DNA of 64,000 nucleotides from Thermoanaerobaculia bacterium (GTDB lineage Bacteria; Acidobacteriota; Thermoanaerobaculia; Gp7-AA8): NCBI GenBank assembly GCA_035525285.1, contig DATLFB010000044.1, positions 20,293 to 84,292 of the forward strand, read 5' to 3'. Shown piece by piece: positions 7,641 to 18,600 of this stretch (position 1 is its first letter; each line of letters starts with the position of its first letter). The notes under the pieces were generated by a model. It saw only the letters and a program-made list of their open reading frames with translations, ran no database searches and was not told where the DNA came from. The position numbers and the translations under genes were made by a program.

Positions 7641-8834
7641 GAAAAGCAGCTTGCTTCCTGTCTCGAGCGCGGACTCAAACCATCGACTCTGAGCGATCCG
7701 CAGAGACTTTCGCTCGTTCTCCTCGCGAAACTCGCCGGTTTCCGCGACGCCGTGGTCATCGTCAAGCCCCGGACGCTCATCGCGTGGGAGCGCAAAATCA
7801 AGGCCTTCGACTGGTGGATTCGCTCACGCCGTCGCGGACGGCCGCCGCTGCCGCGTGAACTGCAACTCCTCATCCGTCGCATGGCTCTGGAGAATCCCAC
7901 CTGGACCGCCGGCCGTATCGCGCGTGAGCTCGGGACCAAACTTCCCGTCGACGCCGACACGGAATCCGTCAGAAAGTACATGCCCCGCAAGCCGGCGCGC
8001 CGCGGCGTCCCGCGAGGCGATCAGCAGTGGTCGAGCTTCATCCACAACCACGCCAAAGTAATCGTTGCGTGCGACTTCGCCGTCTCCATGCGCCTTCGCT
8101 TCCAGGTGCTCTATGTCTTCGTCATGATGGAGATCGGGTCGCGCCGCATCCTCCACGTCAACGTCACCGATCATCCCACTGCCGAATGGACGACCCAGCA
8201 GCTTCGAACCGCGATCCCCGCTGATGCCGGTTATCGCTATCTGCTCCACGATCGCGACTCGATCTTCTCCCGGGATCTCGACGCCGCCATGGGCCGGCTC
8301 GATCTGAAAGTCCTGCGCTCTCCAGTCCGGGCACCCCGCGCGAATGCGTTCGTCGAACGCCTCATCGGTTCCCTACGCCGCGAGCTGCTCGACTGGGTCA
8401 TTCCGCTCACCGAGAACCAGCTTCGAGCCCTCGTTCACGAATGGGCCGAGCACTACAACCGCGAGCGCCCGCACATGTCCCTCGGGCCCGGATTTCCCCA
8501 TCCTGCCGAGGGACTCCCCGTGCCTCGCGGCGAACATCGCCATCGGCCGCCGGCCAACTCTCGCGTCGTATCGAAACCGGTTCTCGCTGGACTGCACCAC
8601 GAGTACCGGCTCGAGAAGATCGCCGCGCAGGCAACGCGAAGTTCTCTCTTTGCTCAGAGCGTCCCTCGCTCTGCACAGTCGAGGTCTACGTCAATGCGCC
8701 TCCACCTCACGCCGAACATCTTTCTCGACGCGGTCAGACCCTCGGCCAGCGACTCCTTGGCGAACCGAACCAACAATCCCCCTGTAACGACCGCGCATCC
8801 AGCGCCATCCAGCTTCCAGGATTGGCCGACATGA
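7635..8834 (+). mobile_element. rve/DDE integrase-core transposase (IS481/IS3-like), apparently 5'-truncated
   Basis: RGRPPLPRELQLLIRRMALENPTWTAGRIARELG (HTH region), HDRDSIF and NAFVERLIGSLRRE..YNRERPHMSLG..LAGLHHEYRL are typical of this transposase family. The frame opens only at 7623, after a TGA. The usual N-terminal residues are missing and I found no inverted repeats. Confidence 0.8.
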
Positions 8835-8890
8835 GTTTTTCAGTAGGACCCACTCATCAGTGCCTGGCCACTCTCGTTTTCTTGCGTTTA

Positions 8891-9046
8891 GTGTTAGTGT
8901 CGCGTATTCACTCGCGGAGAGCGTCCGAGCAGTGTTGGCGCCGGCGAGCGATGGCGCAGTCGAGGATGTGCGAATGACCGCTCCGTTGGCATCGACGGCG
9001 GCCAGACGGACGCCGCTCGGCAGCGATGCCGGCGCGATCGCCTCGG
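8891..9046 (-). pseudogene. orphan duplicate of an internal piece of the giant RHS gene
   Basis: Aligned by eye, 156 nt match 10929..11088 with 4 substitutions plus 1-nt and 3-nt indels. The last 86 nt are identical. It encodes EAIAPASLPSGVRLAAVDANGAVIRTSS. Confidence 0.75.
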
Positions 9047-9092
9047 AAGTTCTTTTTGAGCAGGACAGCGGAAGTTCTTTTTGAGCAGGACA
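9045..9092. repeat. 23-bp tandem direct repeat x2 (GGAAGTTCTTTTTGAGCAGGACA, 2-nt spacer)
   Basis: Units at 9045..9067 and 9070..9092 are identical. The repeat sits between the immunity-gene stop (9109) and the orphan RHS fragment. Confidence 0.85.
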
Positions 9093-9108
9093 CTTCCACA
9101 CGGCCCGA

Positions 9109-9654
9109 CTACTTGAGACCCAGCTTCCGCAATGCTTCCTCTTTCGATAGCGGTACAGCTTGCGCGCCGAGTTGCAACGCTCCGCTATCGCTCTGCTGCC
9201 AAGCGTCTGAACCCACGAACCGCCGGTTCTCGCCTAATCGGTACCTGCGCCGGATGTAACTGAGGAGCTTGTCCGCCCATCGAGTGAAGGCATCGCTTTT
9301 CTTTTCGTCGCCTCTTCGCGTGTCAAACCAAAGTCGTCCCTCGCGCAGGTACCGCCTCTCGGAGTCGAGCGTAGAGCGGCTGAACTGAACACTCTCGGAG
9401 TTCATGAAGTCGACGCTGTACAAGCCCGTCTGCGGAGTAAACAGCACAACGATGTTCTCCGCGAATGACGCACATGTCAGGTGCACATCTGCGTCGCCGA
9501 GGAAGGTCCCCAGGGGCTCAAGATGGTCGATGTTCATTCCCGACCGATCGGCGAACGTGTTTCGCATGATGCGCAGCCAACACAGAGTGCGTGCGTGCTC
9601 GATGAACGCAGCTTCATCGACGGGCGTCATGTAGAATTCGACTTGCTTGCCCAT
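9109..9654 (-). CDS. putative cognate immunity protein of the RHS C-terminal toxin (181 aa, no signal peptide)
   Basis: Its ATG (9652..9654) directly follows the TAG (9655..9657) of the toxin reading frame. The call rests on position alone. No family recognised. Confidence 0.6.
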   Translation of the reverse strand: MGKQVEFYMTPVDEAAFIEHARTLCWLRIMRNTFADRSGMNIDHLEPLGTFLGDADVHLTCASFAENIVVLFTPQTGLYSVDFMNSESVQFSRSTLDSERRYLREGRLWFDTRRGDEKKSDAFTRWADKLLSYIRRRYRLGENRRFVGSDAWQQSDSGALQLGAQAVPLSKEEALRKLGLK

Positions 9655-12600
9655 CTAGGGAAGACCCGCGGCACCTTTCTCGACAAACACGATCTTCGCG
9701 TTGGCAAAGTTTTTGATCGTCGGCGAGAAGATCATGTCATCTAGCGCTCGCCGCTCTCGAATGACAGGAACAGCGGATTTCGTCATCTTTCCGATGTTGA
9801 CGATCATGATGTCTCCCGTGACGTCGTTCCACGCGACGACGTCCGCATAGCGATTTTTGAGACCCAGCGGCCCCTTCGTAAACAGCACTTCCGTTCTGAT
9901 CCGATTGAAGCCACGGGCTTGAAGATCACGAACAACATTCGCCGTCGTCTGCTTCGTAATCGCATCACCAAGACGGCCTCCAGGATTCGGTACTTTCCTA
10001 AATGCGATCGCCACTCCGGCGACTTTCAAAATCCCCTCGCCGATCGCACCTTCAGCGATTTCGTAGGCGCCAGCCGCTGCGTAGCGTCCGGTCTCCTCCG
10101 AGATTCTGCGAAGCCCTTGGTTCTGTACGCGGCTCGCCCGTTCCTGCGCCAACGCTTCGACCGCGCCGATCATCTCGGCTGCTTCGCGATTTGCGCTGTC
10201 GGTCTGCTTCTTCGACTCCGGCGCGATCCGCCGACCGATTTCGGCGCCGGTATCGGACACCGTCTCCCTGACCTCTTCGCGCTTCTGGAAGAGACGCGCG
10301 ATGATTCCCGGCTTCTTGGGAGCGTTCGGATTGACGGCGGGCTTCTTGTCGAGCAGCTCCTTCAGCTCGGTCAGCAACTCCGAGCGTCGTACGAACTCGA
10401 ACTCGCCGAGCTGACGCAGCGCCGCGAGGATCTCCTGGCTGCGCTCGATCCAGTAGTCGTCCGTGCCCGTGGGATCGCGGCGGTCGACGGGATTCGATCC
10501 GGCGAACGAGTAGAGATTGCTTGAGTCGACGTAACCCTTCGGATCGGGTGAGAGCCATGAGCCGCTCAGCGGCTGATACCAGCGTTCGCGGACGTAATTT
10601 CAGGCCGGTGAGTGGTTCGGCGTACGGATGCGCGTGGAGGCGCGCGCTGAGGATGTCATCGAGGGGAGTATCTGTGCCAGTTGCGCCTAACAGAGCCAGA
10701 CCTTCGACCTCGTAGAGCTTCGTCGTGCGCTCTTCGCCACCAGGGATTCCGGAGAGGAACGACAAGAGTGACGAGAGTGACTCGCGCACTTCGATTGGAA
10801 GCTGCGGCGATGAGTAGAGCGGCTTTGTCGAGGCCGCCCACTGCGGCGCGGGAAGAACCGGAACGTCGGCGCCCCACGCCGAAGCCCGCAGTTCGTTTGT
10901 CACGGCGATCGAGATCGCCGCGGCGCCTGTGGTTAGCGTCGCGTATTCACTCGAGGAGAGCGTCCACCGAGCAGTGTTGGCGTCGGCGAGCGATGGCGCA
11001 GCCGAGGATGTGCGAATGACCGCTCCGTTGGCATCGACGGCGGCCAGACGGACGCCGCTCGGCAGCGATGCCGGCGCGATCGCCTCGGTTGACCGCATCG
11101 TCACCTCAACACTATTGAGCGTGCCGTCGGAGTTCTTCGTCGCCTTGACCGCAACGCGATCGATCGCCGCCCCGGCGAGGTCCAGGTCTTCGCCGCCGAA
11201 AGGATCGTTACTCAGATTCCTGCCGACGATCTCCCCCCTCTTGTTGACGACCGTCTGCAGCGATCCCGCACCGGCTTCGTCGTAGATCGGGTAGAGGTAG
11301 TTGACGGTGTTCGGCGCGAGCGGATCGACCGTCGCCGTTTCGATCGGGTCGTCGTACGACATCCCGCCGTGAATGACCTGCTTGAGGATTCCGCCGTGCG
11401 GATCGCTCGCTACCGCTCCTGCTTTGGCCAGTGTGATGAGGCGATCGCTGATTGCGTCCCACACGAAGGTGACTTCGGGTGCGATACCGTCGGCTTTGAT
11501 CACACTCGCGCGGTCTTCGAGGAGCCAGTCGGTTGACGATGGATCCGCGACGGCCGTGTATTCCGCGCGCCGGCCCACGAGGCGGCCGGTTCCCGAATAG
11601 CTGAAGACCACGCGCCGCTTCGGTGCCCCGGTTGCCTTCTCAGTCGACACGATGAGGCGGCCTTTCGCATCGAACGTGTACACAAAGCGCCCGTCGTCGA
11701 CCACTTCCGCGCCGCCATAACCAAAGGGATAGACGTTCGGCCCTCGCGTCACGCGATCGATCTTGTGTCCACCGCCCGCCCGTTCGCCAATCGTCTTCGT
11801 TGGAGGATCGCCCGGCGCCGCGGTGCCGCCGCTGGTGAGCTGTTGGACGCGCTCCTGTGCCGTGCGGAAGTCAGCCGGCGTGAGCTCTTCCCTGGCGCGT
11901 CCCGGGATCGGTGCCGATGGATCGGCATTCGGATCCACTGCACCGAAAAGAGAAGCGGAGAGCCGGCCGCGCGTATCGTGACGCCAACTCGTATAGCGAT
12001 CTCCGCCGGAGATGCCGAGGAGCTTAGCGTCGCTCTTGTGCAGGCCGTCGTGAGTGACTTCGCTGCCGGCGATGACGAGGCCATTTGCTGTCACGACGAG
12101 CTCGTTCATGAGGGAAGTCGTCGGGTGATAGCCGTACGTGCGGACGATGGGCACGCCGGGCGTGGTTGCAGAGACGCCGGCGAAGACCGTTCGCGCATCG
12201 GGTCGTCCGGCGTTGCGATAGCTTCCCGTCATGAGAGCGACGGCCGACGGCGCAGACGGATCGCCGACCTTGCCGAGAAGAATCAGGTTCCCCATCGCGT
12301 CGTGCTGCTCGCGGATCCACTTCGACCACCCCGGACCAAACACGAGGCCCGCGTACGCCGGCATCGACCAGTGCGTCCGCTCGCCGTGCTCGTTCCACTG
12401 GTGCTGCTGCACGTACTCATCGAGAACGACCGCCGACGATGTCAGGCCGGTGCCGTCCTTGAAGCGTTTCTGCGTGGTCTTCTTCGGGTTGCCGTCGAGA
12501 TCGAAGTCACTCCAGGTGACTTCCGCGTCTTTGTTGAGCCACGACACGATCCGTCCCGCGGAGTCGTATGTGATGCGATCGAGAACGTCGCCCAAAGCAT

Positions 12601-15600
12601 CCCCGATCTCGGCGAGCTGCCCTTTCGCGTTGTACGCGAAGACCTGCTTGCGTCCCTGGCGATCGGTCAGCGACTTGATCCGTGGGCCTTCCCACTCGAA
12701 GCGCTCGGTGGTTCCGTCGGCGTACGTTCGTAGCAGCGGTCGTCGGATCAGATCTCTCTCTGTCGATGTTGGCTCGTTGGCCGGATCCTCATAACGCGTC
12801 TCGCCGCCGCCCGCGTCATACGTGAACTCGTTGTCCGACCCATCCGGCAGGATCTCTTTCTTCACCGCTCCGCGCGAGTCGGTCTCGTACTGCGTCGCCG
12901 GCCGGCCCGGCGACTGCGCCTCGGTGCGACTGCCGAGCTGGTCAAACTGCTCCCGCCATTCGAGATTGCCCAGACGATTCCGCACCGCGTCGCCGGTGGT
13001 GTTGTGATCCGTCTCGGCAGTCAGAGCAGGGCCCGACCTCTCGGTCGTCGTCGTCAGCACGGGAAGCATTCCGACGTGAGCCGTCGCCTGCGTCCTGGTG
13101 AAAATGTCCGTCAGAGCGCCCACGCTCCCCGCGCCCACCGCGTGATCGACGAGCCGCCCGGCCGGATCGAACTCCGATTTCGCCGCACGGCCGCTCGTGG
13201 CCGTCGTCGTCGTTCTCCCGCCGCCGTCCCAGGCGAAGTCGGTCCTCCGTTCGGTCAAGGAATCGACCTTCGTCTTCACCGTCTTCAAAGTTCCCGCGTC
13301 GGTGAAGTCGTAACTGCTCTCCCCGACGACTTGCGGAGTCGGATCGGCCGACAGATCTTTGACGCTCCTCGCCCGTCCCCACTCATCGTAGTCCGTCGTC
13401 GTGACCGTCCCATCCGAGTACATCGTCGCGATCGCGCGGCCGTGCGCATCAAACGCTGTGGCCGATGCCGTGAAGCCGTCGGAGGTGAAGACGACGTTGT
13501 CGTCGAGGTCATACCCGAGATGCGTTTCGATGTCGCTGCTACCGGCACCGGTCTCAACGTGCGTGCGCTTGCTGCGGCCTAACAAGTCGAGATCGGTGGT
13601 CGTGACCGCGCCGCCCGGGTCGGTCGTGATGATTCGCCGATTGGGAATGTCATAGCTCGTCGTGGTGACGACCTGGCCCCCCGGCACCGCAACACCATCT
13701 CGTCTCGTCTCGATCCGGCGGCCCACGACATCGAATCGGTAGCTCGTCGTGATGTCCTGCGCCCCCTTCTTCTCGATCATCCGTTCGAGCCGTCCGGTGG
13801 CGTCGTAGAACAACTGCTGCTCGACAACCAGCGGATCGCCGGATTTCTCGACGCGCACGCGGACCGCACGCCGCCAAGCATCAAGGTCGGTCGTGGTCAC
13901 AACGCCGTACGGATCGACCTTAACCTCGCGGTCTTCGGTCGGATAGTCGAACGTCGTGATCAGATTGTTCGGCGCCGCAACCTTCGTGATTCTCTTCGGC
14001 ATGCCTCGCTTGTGTAGCGGCGCATTCGCATCGAAGTATTCGATCTCCGTCTGCGAGCCGGCTGTGGTCTGCGGATCGGTTCCGCCCGCGGTCGTGACTT
14101 TGATGAGCTGCCCGCTGGCGTCGAACGTCTCTGTTGAGGTGACGTTGCTGTTGGTCGAGACCGGCGCGGTGTTGTAACGATGCGCCTCGGGCGCGACGAT
14201 GGTTTTCCCATTCGCCGTCACCGACTGCAGGAACGTCGGTCCGTTAGGCTGATACGTGAATGTGCGAGCGATCGGCTGGGCGCCACCAGCAAGAGCTGTC
14301 GTTGTCGATGACGTGGGAACGAGGCCCGGAGCTCCCGCTGGAGCCGCGAAGCTGGTCTGCTCTTCACGCACACCCACGAGCTTTGTCGCCGTGACAACGC
14401 CGGCATTGCGCGTGAGCGTGCGCACTCGATCCGTCACTGTCGTCGGCGGGGGACCTGCCGTGAGCGTCGCTGGCAGCGTCCCGAATGGCGTCGTGATGAC
14501 CGGCACACCGATCTCGCTGACTTCACTCACCTCTGTCCGATCATTCGGCAAGGTCACCAGCGTGTATTTTCGCTGCTGGCCCAATACGTCCGTCACTCTC
14601 GTTTCAGTCGGTGAGCTGTACGTGAAGCTCGCCGTCTCGCCGCTGCCCCACTGCTGGCTCGTCACTTGGTCCGCGGTGTAGCCGAACTTCACGCGCGCCG
14701 GGCCGCCCGTCGCCACGTCCTTCGGGTCGGTGATCGTCTCGAGATTTGTGGCTGTCTCGATCTGCGCGCTGAACTCCGCCGGCGCCGCGGAGTACGTGTA
14801 GCGCGTCGTCGGACGAGCGCTCTGCGTGTTCGGAACGTTAGGAAGCTGCGCGTCTTTGAGCAGCCCGTTTGCGTACACATAGCTGACGTTGCGACCGCGC
14901 CAGTCGGTGACGCCTTCGAGCAGCCCCGTGGTCGCGTTCCATGTGAATGTCGTCTCGCGGCCGACGGGATCGATCTTCTTCGCCAACCGCCCGTCCGCGC
15001 CGTAGATGTAGCGGATGAAGTTTCCCGAGCCGGGGACCAGCGGATTGTAGAACTCGTCGGCCTCGGTGCTGACGCGGCCGAGCTCATCGAAGGTCGTGGC
15101 GCGAAGCTGTTGATCCGTGAGCGTCCAACCGCGATCGGTTTTCTTCAGGCGCAGGAACAGACCCGCCGGCGAGGTGTACGTCCCGTCGTTGTTGGTCTTG
15201 AACAGCCACACTTCCGATCCGTCGCGGTACTCGACGTCGGCCGTCGGGAGCTGGCGAAGACGTTTCAACATCGACGAGTCCCACCCTCCCCCGAACGCGG
15301 TCAGGCCGATCGTCCGAGAGCGGTATGTGCGATCGATCAAGACGTTCCAGCCCGCGCGGCCGCCGGCGTCGAGATCGACTGCGCTCGTCTCGATCTCTCC
15401 GCTGTGCAGGTACGTCGTTTCCTGCAGCATGCCGTCGGCGACGGGAGGATGCTGCGCCGCTACTCGGACCTTCGGGTCGCGCACGGTGTCGGCCATGATG
15501 GTCGGGAGGCGGGTTTCGAGGCGTCGTCCCTCTCCGAGGTATGCGTATGGAGATCCGGTCAACAGGTTGACTTCAGGCCGGACGTGGAAGAAGCGGCCGA

Positions 15601-18600
15601 GCGAATAAATCTCCTGCGCCGCCGGGGCATTTGTCGGTGGGTCGCAGGAGAAGCACTCCCCTCGCGATCCGCTCCACTCCATCGACGCCCGCGGATCGGC
15701 GATAGTGACGATCGGGTCGGAGAGGAAGCGGTTGTAGCCGCGCTGCCAGCGGCTCGAGGGCAGATCCGTGGGGACCATCCGCCGCATCGTTACGTTGCGC
15801 AGATGGGCGCGGGGATACCCGTCGGGAGTCTCTTCCGTGATTGCGCCGACCACGCGCTCGCTCTCGATGGCCAGCTTCAACTCTCCGCCGATCGACTCCG
15901 TCATCGCTCCAGGGAGGGTCATCTCGATGCGGAACACGGCCAGCGCGCCGCCACCGCCGAGGATGCCCGAGGGCGCTGCTCCTTTGGTGATCCGCCCTTC
16001 GCCGTCCGTCGTCACCACGCGCGGATCGAGTGCGCTGGCGACCTTCGTCGTCTTTTCCAGCAGCCGGCCCGCGAAGAGGTAGCCGGTCTCGCCATCGAGG
16101 ATCGGAGCCATCGTCGAGTTCACGACTCCGGCTCGTGACTTCCAGACGATGCGCGGATCGTCTTTGCCCGCGCCGTACGTGCCGGCGCCCGAGAGCGACT
16201 CACTGGCGGTCTTGAAGAGTTGATCGGATGGTATGCCCCACCTCTCGTCGAGGCGTTGTAGATCGACGAGCAGCACCCGGCCCTCGCCGTCGACGACCGT
16301 CGCGTAGTGCGAGCCGCTCACCGTGCGTACGCCGAACGCTCCGCCGGGGATCCAGATGATGTCGGCCAGGTGCTCGTTGCCGAGTGGCAGGTATGCGGGA
16401 TACGCGGACGGAGGCGTTCCGCCGGCTTCGACCACGAGCAGGCCGTACTCGTTGCCAGCGACGAGCAGGTAGTTGCGCTCGACCGCAGTCCTCGCTTCCG
16501 ATCCGCGCGCGCCGGCGGTGTTGTCGGTCGCGCTCAGGTTCCAGTCGTATCGAGCGATCGCGTTGAAGCGGCCGTTCGGATAGCGGCCGGTGAGGGCCCG
16601 GAACTTTTCGCGCAACCCGTTCGCACCGCCCAGGCGTGGATGATCGATCGGGCCGCTCGCTGAGGAGCTGCGGAAGAGCAGTCCGGTTGGCGCGCGCTCG
16701 CTGCACGCATTCGCGTCGCCGCCCGCAATGTCGATCGTCAGATCGAGCGCTCCGCGGCGCGTCTCGAGCGCCACGACCTTCAACGCCTCTCCGCCCACGA
16801 GCGCCGCTTCAGGCGAGAACGTCAGGTCCTGGATCGCTCCGGAATCCGCCGTCGGATGCGTGGGGCACTCGCTGCGGAGCTCCCCCTTCGTCAGCCGGAT
16901 CTGTTCACGGATCGGAACGTATCCTGCGGGACGGGTTGGCTCGTCGTTCGACTCCACGGCGTTGAGGTCGTAGACCCCGATGCCATATCCGAACAGCGAC
17001 ACATTCACCCAGGTGCGCTCGTTGTACAGAATGCGCAGCTGGTCGTTCTGAGCGGCCACGACCTCGTTGAAGAGCGCCGGTTGTGCCGGGCCCGGTCCCG
17101 CTTTGATCGCGTCCGCAGACCAGCGCATGCCGAGCCTGCGGTTCTCGATGGTGATGCGCTGGACGCGGTAGGGATAGCCGTTCGTCACTGGGATGGCCAA
17201 TGCGAACTGATGCAGGTCATCGGCGCGCGTCGTCTCGCTCGTGATCGAGCTCGCCATCTGCTGGGCAAACTCCGCGCGGCTGCTGAACGTCAGGTCGGTG
17301 TCCTGAACCGCGATCTGGATCTTGCGCGGCGTGGCCTCGGCGCGATCAGAGAGAACCGTCCCCGACGGGAGCGAAAGAGCTGTCGTCGCGCCGGGCGCCC
17401 ACGACACCGTCACCGCGCCCCTCTGCTCGGTGACCGTCCGCGTCGGAGAGGTCGTCCGGAAGTCTTCGATGCGATAGCTGCGCACTACACCAAAGAGGTT
17501 CGTCAATCCAGACGCGTAGACGCGCCCGTGATGGTCCGCGGCCACGGCCCAGTAGCTCGTCACGTCGCCAAGCGCAACGGCCATCGGTCGGGTGGCCGGC
17601 GTCATCGCGGCTGGGTTGGCGATGTCGTACGCGACGAGGCCGCCGTCCAGCGCAGCGAGAAGAAGAACGTTGTCGCTCTGCGCCATATCGCGGATGGCTC
17701 CGCTCTCGAGATCGAACGAGGTCAGCACGTCCGCTGGAGCGCGCACTCGCAGCTCCAGACGGATCGGCTCGGACAGCACACTTTCACCGCTCACCTGTCC
17801 GATCCTCAGCGCTGCTTCCGATGTGTCGGCGATGGTCGGGTGCAGCTCGAGCGTGTACGTCGCGCCGCGTTCAAGCGTCGACGTCAGGTCAATGTTGATG
17901 CGCCGCCCGCCCGAATCGGCTCTCAGCGTCGCTGAGGAGGTGATGTCGACGTCTCCCTTCTTCAGCTTCACGCGGCTCGAAAGGTCGCCGCTCGTGTCGA
18001 TCGGCTCATTGAAGACGACCGAGAGCCGCGCGTTCGGATCGACATCGCGCTCGGCGACGAAGAGAACGACGCGGTCGCCGACCGCACCCTCGACGGCTAG
18101 ACCGCTCGTTCTCGAGGCGTCGTATCGTCCCTTCGACACGTTGAGCATTGATATGCCCACGTCGACGGGGAGCGTTGTCGCGGCCTTGATCTGGCCGCCC
18201 GCGACGGTGATCGTGAAGTCGCGTACCTCGAGGGAGTCGTCGCCAACGTCAACGATCTCGACACGGAACGGCGAGGCGTAGATCGGGTACGGACCTTCTA
18301 TGTCCGTCTGCGGCGAAGGCAGCGAAGCGACCGCACCCGCGGCGATCGGCTCGTACGTCGAGTTGAAGACATCGACTCCCAGGCCCGTGTCGACGCCCGT
18401 GACCTTGAACCGCGTCCCGGCCAATACAGGGATTGCAACGCGTCCACGTCCTTCGGCGAGGTAGAAGTCGGCGGCATAGAGGCTCTCGTAGGTGTCCCAG
18501 AAAAGGTCATAGCCGGCGTGGAGGCCTTCCATCACCGACCACCCGAAGTTCGATTTGATGTCGACCACGGCATAGATGCCGCTGCGATTGACGCCCAGTA

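Noticed and set aside
9045-9092. The 23-bp tandem repeat as the right inverted repeat of the IS
   Set aside because: The orphan RHS fragment (8891..9046) lies between it and the transposase stop. I found no matching left repeat upstream of 7635. The weak similarity to 7632..7653 lies inside the transposase coding sequence.
10052-10597. C-terminal ~180 codons of listed ORF 10052..28306
   Set aside because: They are an out-of-frame read-through past the frame break at 10600. The conserved RHS core end and the toxin lie in the neighbouring frame, which ends at 9655.
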